Shown here in pieces: positions 1 to 10,027 of a stretch of DNA of 64,000 bases. A program made the position numbers and the translations under genes. The stretch comes from an uncultured delta proteobacterium (GTDB lineage: Bacteria; Desulfobacterota; Desulfobacteria; Desulfobacterales; JAFDCJ01), in contig CAVYNY010000016.1 in assembly GCA_963769935.1 (NCBI GenBank), positions 256,001-320,000 of the forward strand, read 5' to 3'. Each line of letters begins with the position of its first letter. Position 1 is the first letter of the stretch. The notes beneath the pieces were generated by a model. That model saw only the letters and a program-made list of their open reading frames with translations, ran no database searches and had not been told where the DNA came from.

Positions 1-2661
1 GCCGACGGTACCCCATTGCGCCAGGGACTGCAAAATGTCGGGAAATATTACCACAAAAATGATAATTCCAATGGGGGTATAGGCACCTCGGCGGATCCCG
101 ACGACGATTCGCCGATTGCCGACGCCGCCGACGGCGGCGAATGCCAGCAGTGTTTTGCCATCGTGATGACCGACGGATTTTGGAACGGCAGCAGCCCCGG
201 GGTCGGCAACACCGATGCCGATGACGCCAACTCCGATTTTGATGGTCCGCCTTATGCCGATACGTATTCGGATACCCTGGCCGATGTTGCCATGAAGTAT
301 TATGAGACTGACCTGGATACGAACCTGAGCGATTTTGTTCCGACCAACAGCCGCGATTTGGCCAAACATCAGCACATGGTAACTTACACGATCGGGTTCG
401 GTGTTGTCGGGTCGTTGACCCTGGCGCCGGATTACCTGGACACCGGCGTTTATCCCACCTGGACCAACCCGGCTGACGGTAATGACGCGCACAAAATCGA
501 CGACTTGATGCATGCCGCCGTCAACGGCCGGGGCCGGTATCTGAAGGCGCAAAATTCACTCGAACTGATCAACGACTTGTACCTCATCTTAAAAGATATC
601 GCATTCTACAGCGGATCGGCATCCTCGGTTTCGGTCAACGGGGATGAGTTGTACACCCGTGTTAATGAAAACGTGATGCTGTTTCAGTCCAAGTATTACA
701 GCGAGGGCTGGCATGGGGATGTTCTGGCCTACCGGGTGGACAACTCGACCGGCGAGCTCATCCAGCCGGCCCTGTGGTCGGCGGCCAAAAGCATGAGCTT
801 GCAGTCGTTGGCCGGCCGCAAAATAGCAACCTATGACGGATCTTCCGCGGGCATCCCTTTCAGGTTTGACAACCTGACGGTTTATCAAAAAGCTATGCTG
901 GATGCCGCCTGGGAAACCAATGATACGAACGCCAGAAACATCCTTGATTATGTGCGGGGCGAGCCTTCCCTCGAATTGGACAACGGCGGCACTTTCAGAA
1001 ACCGCACCTGGAAAATTGCAGATCAGGAACACCCCTACAACGGTTCGATTATCGCCTCCTCCAGACTGGGCGATATCGTACACGCCTCACCGGTTTACAA
1101 GAACGGCGTGCTGTATTCGGGCGCCAATGACGGCATGCTTCATGCCTTCGATGCGAACAGCGGTGAGGAAATTTTTGCCTATGTGCCGAATCTGGTGTTC
1201 GGCAACCTCCCGAACCTGACCGATCCGACGATCGGCCATCGATTTTATGTGGACCTGACACCCACCATCGCCGATGTGGATCTGTCCGGTATAACCACCA
1301 TGCTGGTCGGCGGTCTGGGCAAAGGCGGCCGCGGCTACTATGCGCTGAATTTAACCGATGTTGCCACTACCGGCGCTATTTACCCGATCGACGAGAATGA
1401 TCTTGCCGGCATGGTGATGTGGGAATTCCCCAATTGGTCCACATCCAACACAGTGGTGGCCGATCTCGGCTATTCGTACAGCAAGGCCGAGATTGTGAAG
1501 ACGTATGATGCCAATTATCCCTACATCCTGATATTCGGCAATGGTTATAACAGCGTCAACGGAAGAGCCGTCCTTTTTATGCTCAACCCGGCTACCGGCG
1601 AACTCATCAAGCGCATTGATACGGGCGTTGGCACCTGCAACGGGCTTTCGACACCGGTCGCAGTGGATGTGAATTACGATGATAAGGTGGATTATGTTTA
1701 TGCCGGCGATTTGAAAGGTAATTTGTGGAAATTTGACCTGACAAGCGACGATTCGACGAACTGGGATGTGGCCTATTACGAAAGCGGAACCAAAATACCG
1801 CTTTTTACAGCCGCCGGTCAACCGATAACCACCCGGCCGGATGTGATGTTTCACTGTGAGAAAGACGGCTATCTGGTGCTTTTCGGCACAGGAAAATATC
1901 TGGAAGATTCCGACCTTTCCGATACCAGCGGCCAGGCGGTATACGGCATCTGGGATTATGGAGACGATGCCGACAAAGGCGAATATGTAGGCACCATCAA
2001 CAGTGGAACCTTTACGCCCTCTCCCCTGCTGCCGTCGGGCACGGTCTCTCTTTTGGCGCAAAATGTCGTCAATGAGCAAACCGCCAATGATCTGGACCTT
2101 AGAACATTGTCGAACAGTCAAGCAGACTGGACCGCCTCTGCTTTGAATCCGATGGACGGGATCGCCTGCGGCGACTATGGCGGCACGGAAGACTGTGACC
2201 CGAACGGTACGGGCGAACATCCGGATCCTGTCAGAAATGTCGGCTGGTATTTTGATCTGCCGGATGCCGGCGAACGGGTGGTCAGTGATGTGATCGCCAG
2301 GGAGGGAAATCTTATCGTATTATCCTATACGCCGGGAGGTTCAATGTGCGCCACGGGCGGCCATACCTGGGTGATGGCAATGGATGCCTGCTCCGGCGGC
2401 AGGCTTTCGGAGGCCAACTTTGATGTCAACGGCGACGGCGGGATCGATGACCAGGATTTGGTCGATATCGGCACCTCTGACGAGATCATGGCGCCACCGA
2501 CCGGAACAAAATTCTCCGGAAGGCTTCTGCCGCCTGCCATTTTAATAATGAGCAAGAATACGGAGAAACTTTATATGAGCTCATCCATGGGCAGCATCGA
2601 AATTTTGGGGCAGAAGGCGGCAAGACTGGGTGTTTATTACTGGAACATATTTTCGCAATAG
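1..2661 (+). CDS. pilY1: PilY1/PilC-like type IV pilus tip adhesin, C-terminal beta-propeller region (5' end outside window)
   Basis: Frame open from base 1. PilY1 motifs LGDIVHASP, GANDGMLHAFD, GGLGKGGRGYYAL, YVYAGDLKGNLWKFDL, VLFGTGKYL, GWYFDL; Ca-binding-like DVNYDDKVD and DVNGDGGIDD. Confidence 0.9.
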   Translation, partial: ADGTPLRQGLQNVGKYYHKNDNSNGGIGTSADPDDDSPIADAADGGECQQCFAIVMTDGFWNGSSPGVGNTDADDANSDFDGPPYADTYSDTLADVAMKYYETDLDTNLSDFVPTNSRDLAKHQHMVTYTIGFGVVGSLTLAPDYLDTGVYPTWTNPADGNDAHKIDDLMHAAVNGRGRYLKAQNSLELINDLYLILKDIAFYSGSASSVSVNGDELYTRVNENVMLFQSKYYSEGWHGDVLAYRVDNSTGELIQPALWSAAKSMSLQSLAGRKIATYDGSSAGIPFRFDNLTVYQKAMLDAAWETNDTNARNILDYVRGEPSLELDNGGTFRNRTWKIADQEHPYNGSIIASSRLGDIVHASPVYKNGVLYSGANDGMLHAFDANSGEEIFAYVPNLVFGNLPNLTDPTIGHRFYVDLTPTIADVDLSGITTMLVGGLGKGGRGYYALNLTDVATTGAIYPIDENDLAGMVMWEFPNWSTSNTVVADLGYSYSKAEIVKTYDANYPYILIFGNGYNSVNGRAVLFMLNPATGELIKRIDTGVGTCNGLSTPVAVDVNYDDKVDYVYAGDLKGNLWKFDLTSDDSTNWDVAYYESGTKIPLFTAAGQPITTRPDVMFHCEKDGYLVLFGTGKYLEDSDLSDTSGQAVYGIWDYGDDADKGEYVGTINSGTFTPSPLLPSGTVSLLAQNVVNEQTANDLDLRTLSNSQADWTASALNPMDGIACGDYGGTEDCDPNGTGEHPDPVRNVGWYFDLPDAGERVVSDVIAREGNLIVLSYTPGGSMCATGGHTWVMAMDACSGGRLSEANFDVNGDGGIDDQDLVDIGTSDEIMAPPTGTKFSGRLLPPAILIMSKNTEKLYMSSSMGSIEILGQKAARLGVYYWNIFSQ

Positions 2662-2764
2662 TGATTAATTTGTTCGTTGAACCCGGCAGCTCATGCTTTA
2701 ACCTTGTCAGAAAAGACCTATGAGCTGACGGAAGAGGCTTTGGCATATTGAGGAGCATACAATA

Positions 2765-3118
2765 ATGAGGAATTCAGTGTTCAAAAATTTTAGGTGCAGG
2801 CTGGGTCTGCTTCTGTTCCTGGCCGCGATCGCTTTGCCGGCAGGTTCCTGTTTGGCGCAGGAAAGCCGCAGCGAAGGCTGGATTTTGCCCAAGCATTATC
2901 CAACCCATTTTTCCGGGCATGGTTGCATAAACCGCATAGAGGGCGACGAAGTTGTCATCGATGACCAGCTCTTCAGGTTCGCACCGGATGCAACCTATCA
3001 CACTCCGAAATCCCAGTATGCATCACGCTCACCGTTTCGCAAGGGCGTGCGGGTCGGCTTTATCAGTACCGCCAGCAAAACCATTGAATCGCTTTGGTAT
3101 ATTGACAAGTGCAGGTAG
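2765..3118 (+). CDS. Secreted small protein, PilY2-like
   Basis: Signal peptide; FSGHGCINRI..VVIDDQLFRF..GVRVGF..IESLWYI resembles Pseudomonas PilY2; directly after pilY1; RBS GAGGAG. Confidence 0.55.
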   Translation: MRNSVFKNFRCRLGLLLFLAAIALPAGSCLAQESRSEGWILPKHYPTHFSGHGCINRIEGDEVVIDDQLFRFAPDATYHTPKSQYASRSPFRKGVRVGFISTASKTIESLWYIDKCR

Positions 3119-3190
3119 TAAAATATCCGAATCCTACATTGTAATTCAAGTTGAATTATTTTTGAGTATATAGATTACAAATATGTAGGA

Positions 3191-3589
3191 ACCAATAATA
3201 AAATCTTAATTGTGGATGATGAAGCTGCTATCCAGAATTTGCTCAAAATGGCTTTGGGCAGAAACGGCTATGAAGTCTTTGAAGCACCCGGCGCTGAAAA
3301 AGCCATTGAAATTTTAGAACAAGAACAAATTCCGGTCATACCAATTGACTTAGGCTTAGAAACAATGAACGGATTTGAATTGTGTGAAAAAGTTCGAGAA
3401 GATCATCCTGAAGCTATCATTTACGCATTGTCTGGTCACGTTGGCCTGTTTGGCCCGCAGGATTTAAGCAAAGCCGGCTTTAATGGATATGAGGCAAAGC
3501 CCATCGTAATTGAAAATATTGATAAAATTATAAAAGGCTCTTTTGAAAAAAATATAAGAGCTAACCATTTGACATTATATAGCTTATAA
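3191..3589 (+). CDS. Single-domain response regulator receiver, start codon apparently damaged
   Basis: Frame reads TNNKILIVDDE...IDLGLETMNGFELC...ALSG...AKP. The nearest upstream ATG (3183) is out of frame and followed by TAG. Low GC. Confidence 0.65.
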   Translation, partial: TNNKILIVDDEAAIQNLLKMALGRNGYEVFEAPGAEKAIEILEQEQIPVIPIDLGLETMNGFELCEKVREDHPEAIIYALSGHVGLFGPQDLSKAGFNGYEAKPIVIENIDKIIKGSFEKNIRANHLTLYSL

Positions 3590-3602
3590 AACTTCCCAAA
3601 AA

Positions 3603-3618
3603 TGGTACACTCATTGCG
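3603..3618 (+). promoter_or_regulatory. Sigma-54 (-24/-12) promoter upstream of pilin
   Basis: TGGTACACTCATTGCG = GG-N10-GC; pilin genes are commonly RpoN-dependent. Confidence 0.65.
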
Positions 3619-3692
3619 ATACTGTGCAATACTGTATCGCAGAGTCCCAGGAAGTGAATCTCCTAAACTAAAATTAAACGATTACACAGAAA

Positions 3693-4094
3693 ATGCACAA
3701 TATTTTGAAATCCGCGATAAATTTCAGGACAGACAATCAGAGGGGCTATACCCTAATTGAGCTTATATCTGTACTGATCATAATGGGTGTAATGGTCTCA
3801 GTTGTAATAAAGAAATTTGATCTTCTGTCTGATAACGCCAGCATAACCGCCTTGCAAGCCGGAGTTCGAGAACTTAAATCAAGAGAAACTGTGACATGGT
3901 TTAAAATAAAACTATCTGATACCGGCTATACAAATGACGTGGATGTTTACAATGCAGTCGATAAAGACATAGGCCAAGTTTTTAGTTGGAATCCCGGTCC
4001 CCTTATTAGCGGAGGAAGATTGCACTTTAAAGCACAAACAGTAAATCTCAATAGAGTTCCATCCACCCCAAATTCACCAGGATATTGGATGTAG
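3693..4094 (+). CDS. Type IV pilin/pseudopilin with N-methylation site
   Basis: QRG|YTLIELISVLIIMGVM prepilin cleavage motif with E5 and hydrophobic helix. Confidence 0.85.
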   Translation: MHNILKSAINFRTDNQRGYTLIELISVLIIMGVMVSVVIKKFDLLSDNASITALQAGVRELKSRETVTWFKIKLSDTGYTNDVDVYNAVDKDIGQVFSWNPGPLISGGRLHFKAQTVNLNRVPSTPNSPGYWM

Positions 4095-4305
4095 AGTATT
4101 TTCGCTGTGCTTTAAGATGACCTCAAGAAAGATAACTGCTATCTATCGCATCTCTGCGTATTTTTAGATATATTATTTAAATATCTTTCCTCAGGTTCGG
4201 CAAATCCGGCCGGATTGAAATCGGGACCGGGTGTGGAGAGCATACTTCCGGCATGGGACGAATTTCCTGCCTTCATCCCCTGCGTTAGGTTGAAGTTTAT
4301 GTCCG

Positions 4306-4410
4306 GTGGGAGGGGTTTGCAACCACGAATTCAGATGGTGGCCCGACCGAGTACATCGCGGTTGCCTCCAGCCCGTAGGGCTCACGCCCCGGAGGGAAAA
4401 CCGCTCCCAC
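4306..4410. repeat. REPIN-like inverted pair of GTGGGAG REPs with a 32-bp hairpin inserted in the right arm
   Basis: Left arm GTGGGAGGGGTTTGCAACCACGA; right arm TCGCGGTTG[4365-4396]AAAACCGCTCCCAC; 20/23 complementary once the insert is removed. Confidence 0.7.
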
Positions 4411-4428
4411 AACATCTTAAAACTGTTT

Positions 4429-5361
4429 TCAGGTCCCCAGAAAACCTTCCACCAGCCTGATAATCGCATTCAGCCGGTCGGGCGCGTACCAATTAATTTG
4501 CGGATCGGCACCAAACCAGGTGAACTGGCGCTTGGCAAATCGCCGGGTATCACGTTTGAGCGTCCGAACGCACTCCTCCCACGGCAATCTTTCCGCGAAG
4601 AATTCAACCATATGGCGATAGCCGATGGACTGCATGGATTTCAATTCGGCCGCATAGCCCATGGCCAACAACTTCCTTACCTCCTCAACCAAACCGGCGC
4701 GAATCATCGAGTCCACCCGCCGGTCAAGCTGCGCATACAGCTCCCGGCGATCTATCCGCAGCCCTGCTTTGAGCGTATTAAACGGATATTCTTGAAAGCC
4801 GTGGTCCTGGTGGTGTTTTGATATAGACTTGCCGCTGGATTCAATGGTTTCCAACGCTCTAATTATGCGGTAGGAATCATTGGGGTGCAACCGCCCGGCA
4901 GTAGCGGGGTCGACTTGTTTCAGGCGTTCGTAAAGAGAACTGCTGCCGTCTTGATATAGTTGCTGCTTGAGCCGGTTTCTTATCTCCGAATCAACCGGTT
5001 CGGATTGAAATAAGCCGTGCAGCAGGGCTTTGATGTAAAGCCCCGTGCCGCCGACGACAAAGGCAAGCTGCCCCTGCGCGTGAAGTGCTGCAATCGTCGC
5101 CCGGGCCCGTTCTGAAAACTGCACGGCATCAAAATCTTCATCCGGATCCACGATATCGACCATGTGATGGGCAACGCGGCGCCGCTCTTCAAGAGTCGGT
5201 TTCGCCGTTCCAATGTCCATATGCCGGTAAATCTGCATGGAATCCGCACCGATGATTTCACCGCCAAATTTTTCAGCAAGGTTGATGCCGACGGCTGTCT
5301 TGCCGATGCCGGTGGGTCCGCAGATGATGATAATTTTTGGTTTGCCGGAAATTGAGATCAT
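4429..5361 (-). CDS. miaA: tRNA dimethylallyltransferase
   Basis: GPTGIGKT, DSMQIYRHMDIGTAKP, VGGTGLY, TRRFAKRQFTW. Confidence 0.97.
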   Translation of the reverse strand: MISISGKPKIIIICGPTGIGKTAVGINLAEKFGGEIIGADSMQIYRHMDIGTAKPTLEERRRVAHHMVDIVDPDEDFDAVQFSERARATIAALHAQGQLAFVVGGTGLYIKALLHGLFQSEPVDSEIRNRLKQQLYQDGSSSLYERLKQVDPATAGRLHPNDSYRIIRALETIESSGKSISKHHQDHGFQEYPFNTLKAGLRIDRRELYAQLDRRVDSMIRAGLVEEVRKLLAMGYAAELKSMQSIGYRHMVEFFAERLPWEECVRTLKRDTRRFAKRQFTWFGADPQINWYAPDRLNAIIRLVEGFLGT

Positions 5362-5711
5362 TATCCGATCGTATTTTTTACGATCCCGATCAGCTTTTCC
5401 GGATCAAAGGGTTTTTTTACAAAGGCCACCGCATCTTTGATGGCATGATCACCGTCGATACCGCTGACCACAACCACAGGTGTGTCTTTAAGCGCTTTGT
5501 CCTTTCTGAGTTTGCGGTAAAACCGGGGGCCCCATTCACCGGGCAGCTGCAAATCAAGGGTAATCAGGTCCGGCTTCTCCCGGCGGACTACCTCCAGGCC
5601 TTCCGAGCTGCTGCCGGCCGTGCAGGTGGCATAGCCGTTATCGCTGAATACCGCCTGCAGATACTTGACGATTACCGGATCGTCTTCAATGATTAAAATC
5701 TTTTTCGGCAT
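5361..5711 (-). CDS. Single-domain response regulator of the tmc-associated (DVU0259-like) type
   Basis: KKILIIEDD, DLQLPGEWGPRFYRKL, KKP; last gene of tmc run; RBS GAGG before ATG 5711. Confidence 0.85.
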   Translation of the reverse strand: MPKKILIIEDDPVIVKYLQAVFSDNGYATCTAGSSSEGLEVVRREKPDLITLDLQLPGEWGPRFYRKLRKDKALKDTPVVVVSGIDGDHAIKDAVAFVKKPFDPEKLIGIVKNTIG

Positions 5712-5781
5712 AATGGTCCTCACTATTCTTTCTTCAACTTTTATTACTGTGTTAGTTGGTTCAGAATACTGATTTTCGAGG

Positions 5782-6183
5782 TCATCCTTCGGCCTTTAAC
5801 CCACGAACATGACATTCTCCGCACATTACAGGCCCCTTATTTTTCTCCTTGTGACAGTCCTCGCATCTGGTATGAAACGCATTCATCAGTGCCGGTTTCC
5901 TGCCGGAAGCTTTCAGTTCGTGGCATTCGGAGCAGCGCTGATCTTCGGAGGATTCGTCCTTAATCAGCTTACCCTCATCATTATATGTGTGGTGGCATTC
6001 GTTGCACTCTTCGATGCCGGCCTTTTCATTGTGTTCATCATGCTGGAACACGGAAGGCGGCCGTTGCGGGTTGTCAAAGGCATCGTTGTTGACAACCACC
6101 ATATCTTCCTGGGAATAGGCGGAAACAAAAATCAAGAGGGTGGCCATTAGGCCGGCGCAAATGAAAAAGGCGCACTTTTTCAT
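5782..6183 (-). CDS. tmcA: Acidic tetraheme cytochrome c3, TmcA
   Basis: Signal peptide; four CxxCH (CNECHH, CSECH, CEDCH, CGECH); tmc synteny. Confidence 0.9.
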   Translation of the reverse strand: MKKCAFFICAGLMATLLIFVSAYSQEDMVVVNNDAFDNPQRPPSVFQHDEHNEKAGIEECNECHHTYNDEGKLIKDESSEDQRCSECHELKASGRKPALMNAFHTRCEDCHKEKNKGPVMCGECHVRGLKAEG

Positions 6184-6201
6184 CCTGTTACCTCCTTTAG
6201 A

Positions 6202-7536
6202 TCATACCGGTTTTTCGATAACTTCATACAGAATGTCGCTGATAAATTTAATTTCCATACCAAGGCCATAGTGATGATTGATATCTTCCAGGCCGCTGTG
6301 GCAGTTATGGCAGGGGGTAATAATAACCTTTGCGCCGCGGGCTTTGGTGGCAAATAACTGCTCGGCCTTTACCCGGTTGCCCTCCATTCTTTTTAATTTG
6401 TAGGGCGGCCCGCAGTTGATCACACCGCCGCCGGCACAGCAGCAGTAGTTGTGCTCCCGGTTCGGATGCATCTCCACCAGCTCTTCACAGATGGCATTGA
6501 CGACATAGCGCGACTGTTCAGCCAGTCCACCGCCCCGAATCACATTGCAGGGGTCATGCAGGGTTACCGGAGTCTCAAATTTTTTGGCGACTTTCAGCTT
6601 CCCCTCTTTCAGCAATTCGTAATAAAATTGAATTGCATGCACAATCGGAATGGGCGGCATGCGCCATCCCAACCAGCGGTTGCCCATGTCATACACCGAA
6701 CGAAAAGCATGGCCGCATTCGCCCATAACGATGCGTTTAACTTTCAGCCTGGCGGCAATATCAAAGTGCTCCCGTTTGAGGCGTCCCATCAGCTCATTGT
6801 CGCCGGTATACATGGCCATATCGCTGTTGTCCCAGCCCGGGGTGGCGGGCATGGTCCAGTCCACCCCGGCCACATTCATAATCACGGCCGCCTGATAAAG
6901 CAGCTGGGCCTGAAATTTAGGCTCCGGCCCGATCACGGAATACATGATATCGGCCCCTTCTTTCTCAAGGGGAATCCGCAAGGTCGGGATTTCGGACTGC
7001 GCCTCTTCTTCCTGCCATTGCAGGGTGTCGATCCACTCATCATCTTTCACCCACATCTGGTTCAAGGTGGCGGCATGGCTGTGGGCCGTGTCCTGGATGT
7101 AAAGCGGCGTTACACCGAGCAAATGGCAGATCCTTCGCACGACCAGCATCATGTAAGCGATGTCGATGCCAAAGGGACAGTACATGGCGCAGCGTTTGCA
7201 GCAATTGCACTCGGTGGCGGCGATCTCACAGGCGCTTTTAATAAATTCCGGACTGACCTTGCCCTTATTCTTCACCATCTCCCAGATAGTCTGCTTGACT
7301 TTGCCCACCGGCGACCAGCGCGGCTCCTTATCGTGGGATAAATAGTAGTGGCAGGCCTCCGAACACAGGCCGCAGTGAATGCAGGTTTCCACGTACGCTT
7401 TCAGCCGCGCACCGCTTTCGCCCTTTAAAACCCGGTTGACCACCTTTTCAATGCGCTCCGGGGTGAGGTTTTGCGCCCCTCGTTCCAGACCTTCATCCAC
7501 AATCTTTTTTTGTTCTTTCGGTGCAGGTTCAACCAT
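6202..7536 (-). CDS. tmcB: TmcB, HdrD/DsrK-like Fe-S protein with CCG domain
   Basis: CIHCGLCSEAC, CNCCKRCAMYCP, ECGH, HDPCN, CCCAGGG, PCHNC. Confidence 0.9.
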   Translation of the reverse strand: MVEPAPKEQKKIVDEGLERGAQNLTPERIEKVVNRVLKGESGARLKAYVETCIHCGLCSEACHYYLSHDKEPRWSPVGKVKQTIWEMVKNKGKVSPEFIKSACEIAATECNCCKRCAMYCPFGIDIAYMMLVVRRICHLLGVTPLYIQDTAHSHAATLNQMWVKDDEWIDTLQWQEEEAQSEIPTLRIPLEKEGADIMYSVIGPEPKFQAQLLYQAAVIMNVAGVDWTMPATPGWDNSDMAMYTGDNELMGRLKREHFDIAARLKVKRIVMGECGHAFRSVYDMGNRWLGWRMPPIPIVHAIQFYYELLKEGKLKVAKKFETPVTLHDPCNVIRGGGLAEQSRYVVNAICEELVEMHPNREHNYCCCAGGGVINCGPPYKLKRMEGNRVKAEQLFATKARGAKVIITPCHNCHSGLEDINHHYGLGMEIKFISDILYEVIEKPV

Positions 7537-7544
7537 AATTGGTG

Positions 7545-7670
7545 TCTCCTAACCCGGATTATCCGGAAATGACTATTGAAAATTGAATATTTTCGGAAGC
7601 ATTCCTTAAATTTTTAATATTCAATCGAAACTATTTAATTTAAATGACATCAATCCTTAAATATTCAATT
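7545..7670. repeat. AT-rich TTGAATATT/AATATTCAA palindromic intergenic repeat
   Basis: AACCCGGATTATCCGG plus TTGAAAATTGAATATT..AATATTCAAT; related to copies at 19035-19160 and 39040-39110. Confidence 0.6.
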
Positions 7671-7678
7671 TAACACCC

Positions 7679-8338
7679 CTACCAATCCCGTGCATGTCGG
7701 ACCCCCCCGAACTCCGATCCCATATAAGCCCGCGTCAGGGGTGCAAACAACATGTGGCTCAGGCGTGTAAAAGGAATGGCAATCAACATGACTTCACCCG
7801 ACACGACATGCAGGACCATAAGGACCTGATAACCGAACCATTGATAATAGGCCAGAAAACCGGTGATAAAGGGCGCGGCGGCAATCGCCAGAATGACATA
7901 GTCGGATATCGATGTTACATATTTCACCTCGGGTGACACCAGACGCCGGACCAGAAAAAATACACACCCGCCGATAACAATCAGGGTCATCAGTATTGCC
8001 AGACCGTCCGGCAGGGACCACCAGTTCACGCCAAAGGCTTCGTCCCACAAAACCACATGTGCCAACAGAAAGATGGGCGTTAAAATCAGACATAAATGAA
8101 AGGCAAAGGTTACAATGGTCAGCGCCGGATGTCTTCTCCAGTTGACCGTGCCGAAAGGGGTGATCCAATGTAAAATTGAGCGCAAGCTGTATTTCCAGCT
8201 CATGTATGTATAGATGAACTTTTCTTTTTTATGCACCTGCACCAGCAGGCTGACCAGGCGGTAAAAACTTCCACCAATGAAAATTACAAACGCCGCCCAT
8301 GCCAGAGGACCGCTTACAAAGTTGTAGACGCTGTTCAT
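7679..8338 (-). CDS. tmcC: TmcC, membrane cytochrome b (NarI-like)
   Basis: About five TM helices, conserved His (FHL..LAH, LHVV, LSHM), PFTRLSHM, GSEFGGVR. Confidence 0.88.
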   Translation of the reverse strand: MNSVYNFVSGPLAWAAFVIFIGGSFYRLVSLLVQVHKKEKFIYTYMSWKYSLRSILHWITPFGTVNWRRHPALTIVTFAFHLCLILTPIFLLAHVVLWDEAFGVNWWSLPDGLAILMTLIVIGGCVFFLVRRLVSPEVKYVTSISDYVILAIAAAPFITGFLAYYQWFGYQVLMVLHVVSGEVMLIAIPFTRLSHMLFAPLTRAYMGSEFGGVRHARDW

Positions 8339-8349
8339 TGCTCCCCCGT

Positions 8350-9609
8350 TCATTTCAGTTCGCTTACAGGCAAAACCCTTCTATAGTAGCTTCCATTCTC
8401 AATGGTTCGCAACAATATTTTGTCCCCCCCGGGGCTGAACACAGGATCCCAGGCTGCCTCGCATTGCCCGGACCACAATCGATCGTTTAGGGCAATGGTG
8501 TATTTGCCTTTCTTTTCCACCCTGGCCGCCAGGTATTTGCCATCGGGGCTGAATACCGGTTTCCACGCCATGTCGAAGGCATTTTTCCAGCGGGTGCCGT
8601 CGGCCACTATATACCATTTCTCCTCTTCTTTGGCCAGAGCGGCCAACCGGTTGCCGTCCGGACTGAAGACGGCGTCGGTCACAAGATCTTTAAACGTCAC
8701 GGACCAGGGCTGGCCATCAACGGCAACCGTCCATTTGCCGAAACTGGGTGCGACAATGGCCGCTAGTTTGCTGCCGTCCGGGCTGAACATCTGATGCCAG
8801 AGCTGCACAAATCGCCGATCCCAGATGATCTTGCCGTCCGCGGCCATAGTCCAGCTGCCTTCGGATCTCACCGGGGCGACGACGACACCGCTGCGCGGAT
8901 TAAAAACCGGCTGCCAGACACATCCATACGTTTGCTCCCAGGGTTGGCCGTTGACCGCAATGGTGTAGTCATAGAGGTTCAGCCGAACCTCAGCGGCCAA
9001 TTTCTTACCCTCCGGGCTGATAGCCATTCGCCAGACATTGACGAATTTGCGATCCCAGCTCTTGCCGTTCAGAGCTGCAGTGTAGATTCCCTGCTGGTAT
9101 TTGTAAATATCCCCTTCGCCCAATTCCTCCACTTGAACCACGGCGGCTGTATTCAGACCGTCGTTGCTGAACAGTGGGTTGGTCATATTCCGATAGGATT
9201 CAACCCAGGGGATATCGTCAACTGCCATTCTGTAGGCCATATCCTTTTGAACCGCTGCGGCAATGTGCTTGCCGTCCGCACTGAACATGGTGTTCCAGAC
9301 ATACCCGAATTTCTTCTGCCAGGCGAGCCCGTCTACCGCGACTGTCCATTCACCCATTTCCGATACCAGGCCGGTTAGACGGCCATCGGGTGCAAAGCGC
9401 AGATACCAGATTTTATCATAAGCATTTTCCCAGGTTTCACCATTGACACAAACGTTGAATTCACCTTCGCCGGTCTTGACGATGGCGGCGATTTTTTCGC
9501 CGTCAGGACTGGCCTGAGGTTCTTCTACCCATTCAAACTCACCTTTCCATTTGTCGAAGGCGAAGATTTTTTCAGAGGTTTCCCAGTCCCAATTATTCAA
9601 GCCGACCAT
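8350..9609 (-). CDS. tmcD: TmcD, Trp-rich beta-propeller subunit
   Basis: Repeated (F)SPDG..LAA..WTVAVDG..W units; first gene of the operon; RBS AAGGAGG before ATG 9609. Confidence 0.85.
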   Translation of the reverse strand: MVGLNNWDWETSEKIFAFDKWKGEFEWVEEPQASPDGEKIAAIVKTGEGEFNVCVNGETWENAYDKIWYLRFAPDGRLTGLVSEMGEWTVAVDGLAWQKKFGYVWNTMFSADGKHIAAAVQKDMAYRMAVDDIPWVESYRNMTNPLFSNDGLNTAAVVQVEELGEGDIYKYQQGIYTAALNGKSWDRKFVNVWRMAISPEGKKLAAEVRLNLYDYTIAVNGQPWEQTYGCVWQPVFNPRSGVVVAPVRSEGSWTMAADGKIIWDRRFVQLWHQMFSPDGSKLAAIVAPSFGKWTVAVDGQPWSVTFKDLVTDAVFSPDGNRLAALAKEEEKWYIVADGTRWKNAFDMAWKPVFSPDGKYLAARVEKKGKYTIALNDRLWSGQCEAAWDPVFSPGGDKILLRTIENGSYYRRVLPVSELK

Positions 9610-9661
9610 AAAGCCTCCTTGTAGTCCGTGATTGATATTGAACAGCACTTTCAATCTTATC

Positions 9662-9707
9662 TGTTTGTATAATCAACAATAAAATGTTTGTATAACCAAC
9701 AATAAAA
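9662..9707. promoter_or_regulatory. 23-bp tandem direct repeat, candidate double operator upstream of tmcD
   Basis: TGTTTGTATAATCAACAATAAAA then TGTTTGTATAACCAACAATAAAA (1 mismatch). Confidence 0.55.
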
Positions 9708-9843
9708 AGAAATGCAACCTAAGTGTTAAAACCAATATCCTAATTTTTAATTTTGAATGATTTTCCCGGCCAAAGCCCCCTTCGACCGGGATATTTTTGA
9801 GCCCGTACCGGCCGGGTTGAAATCCAGAAAATTTTTAAAATTA

Positions 9844-9872
9844 TTGACAACTGACTTATTAGAATGTATTAT
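9844..9872 (+). promoter_or_regulatory. Sigma-70 promoter of the hdrA-nuo-flx operon
   Basis: TTGACA-17 bp-TATTAT, followed by the palindrome TTTTGT-N6-ACAAAA (9880-9897). Confidence 0.7.
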
Positions 9873-10027
9873 CTCACCTTTTTGTAAAAACACAAAATGC
9901 GTGGGATAAATGGAATTTACATGGTTGTCAGTTTCCACCCGCAGCGCTTCCAACAGTAAATTTTGATCAGCCTTGGTGCACGCTTGGTGCACGCAACAAG
10001 GCAACTTTTTTTCAGGAGATCATCGCT

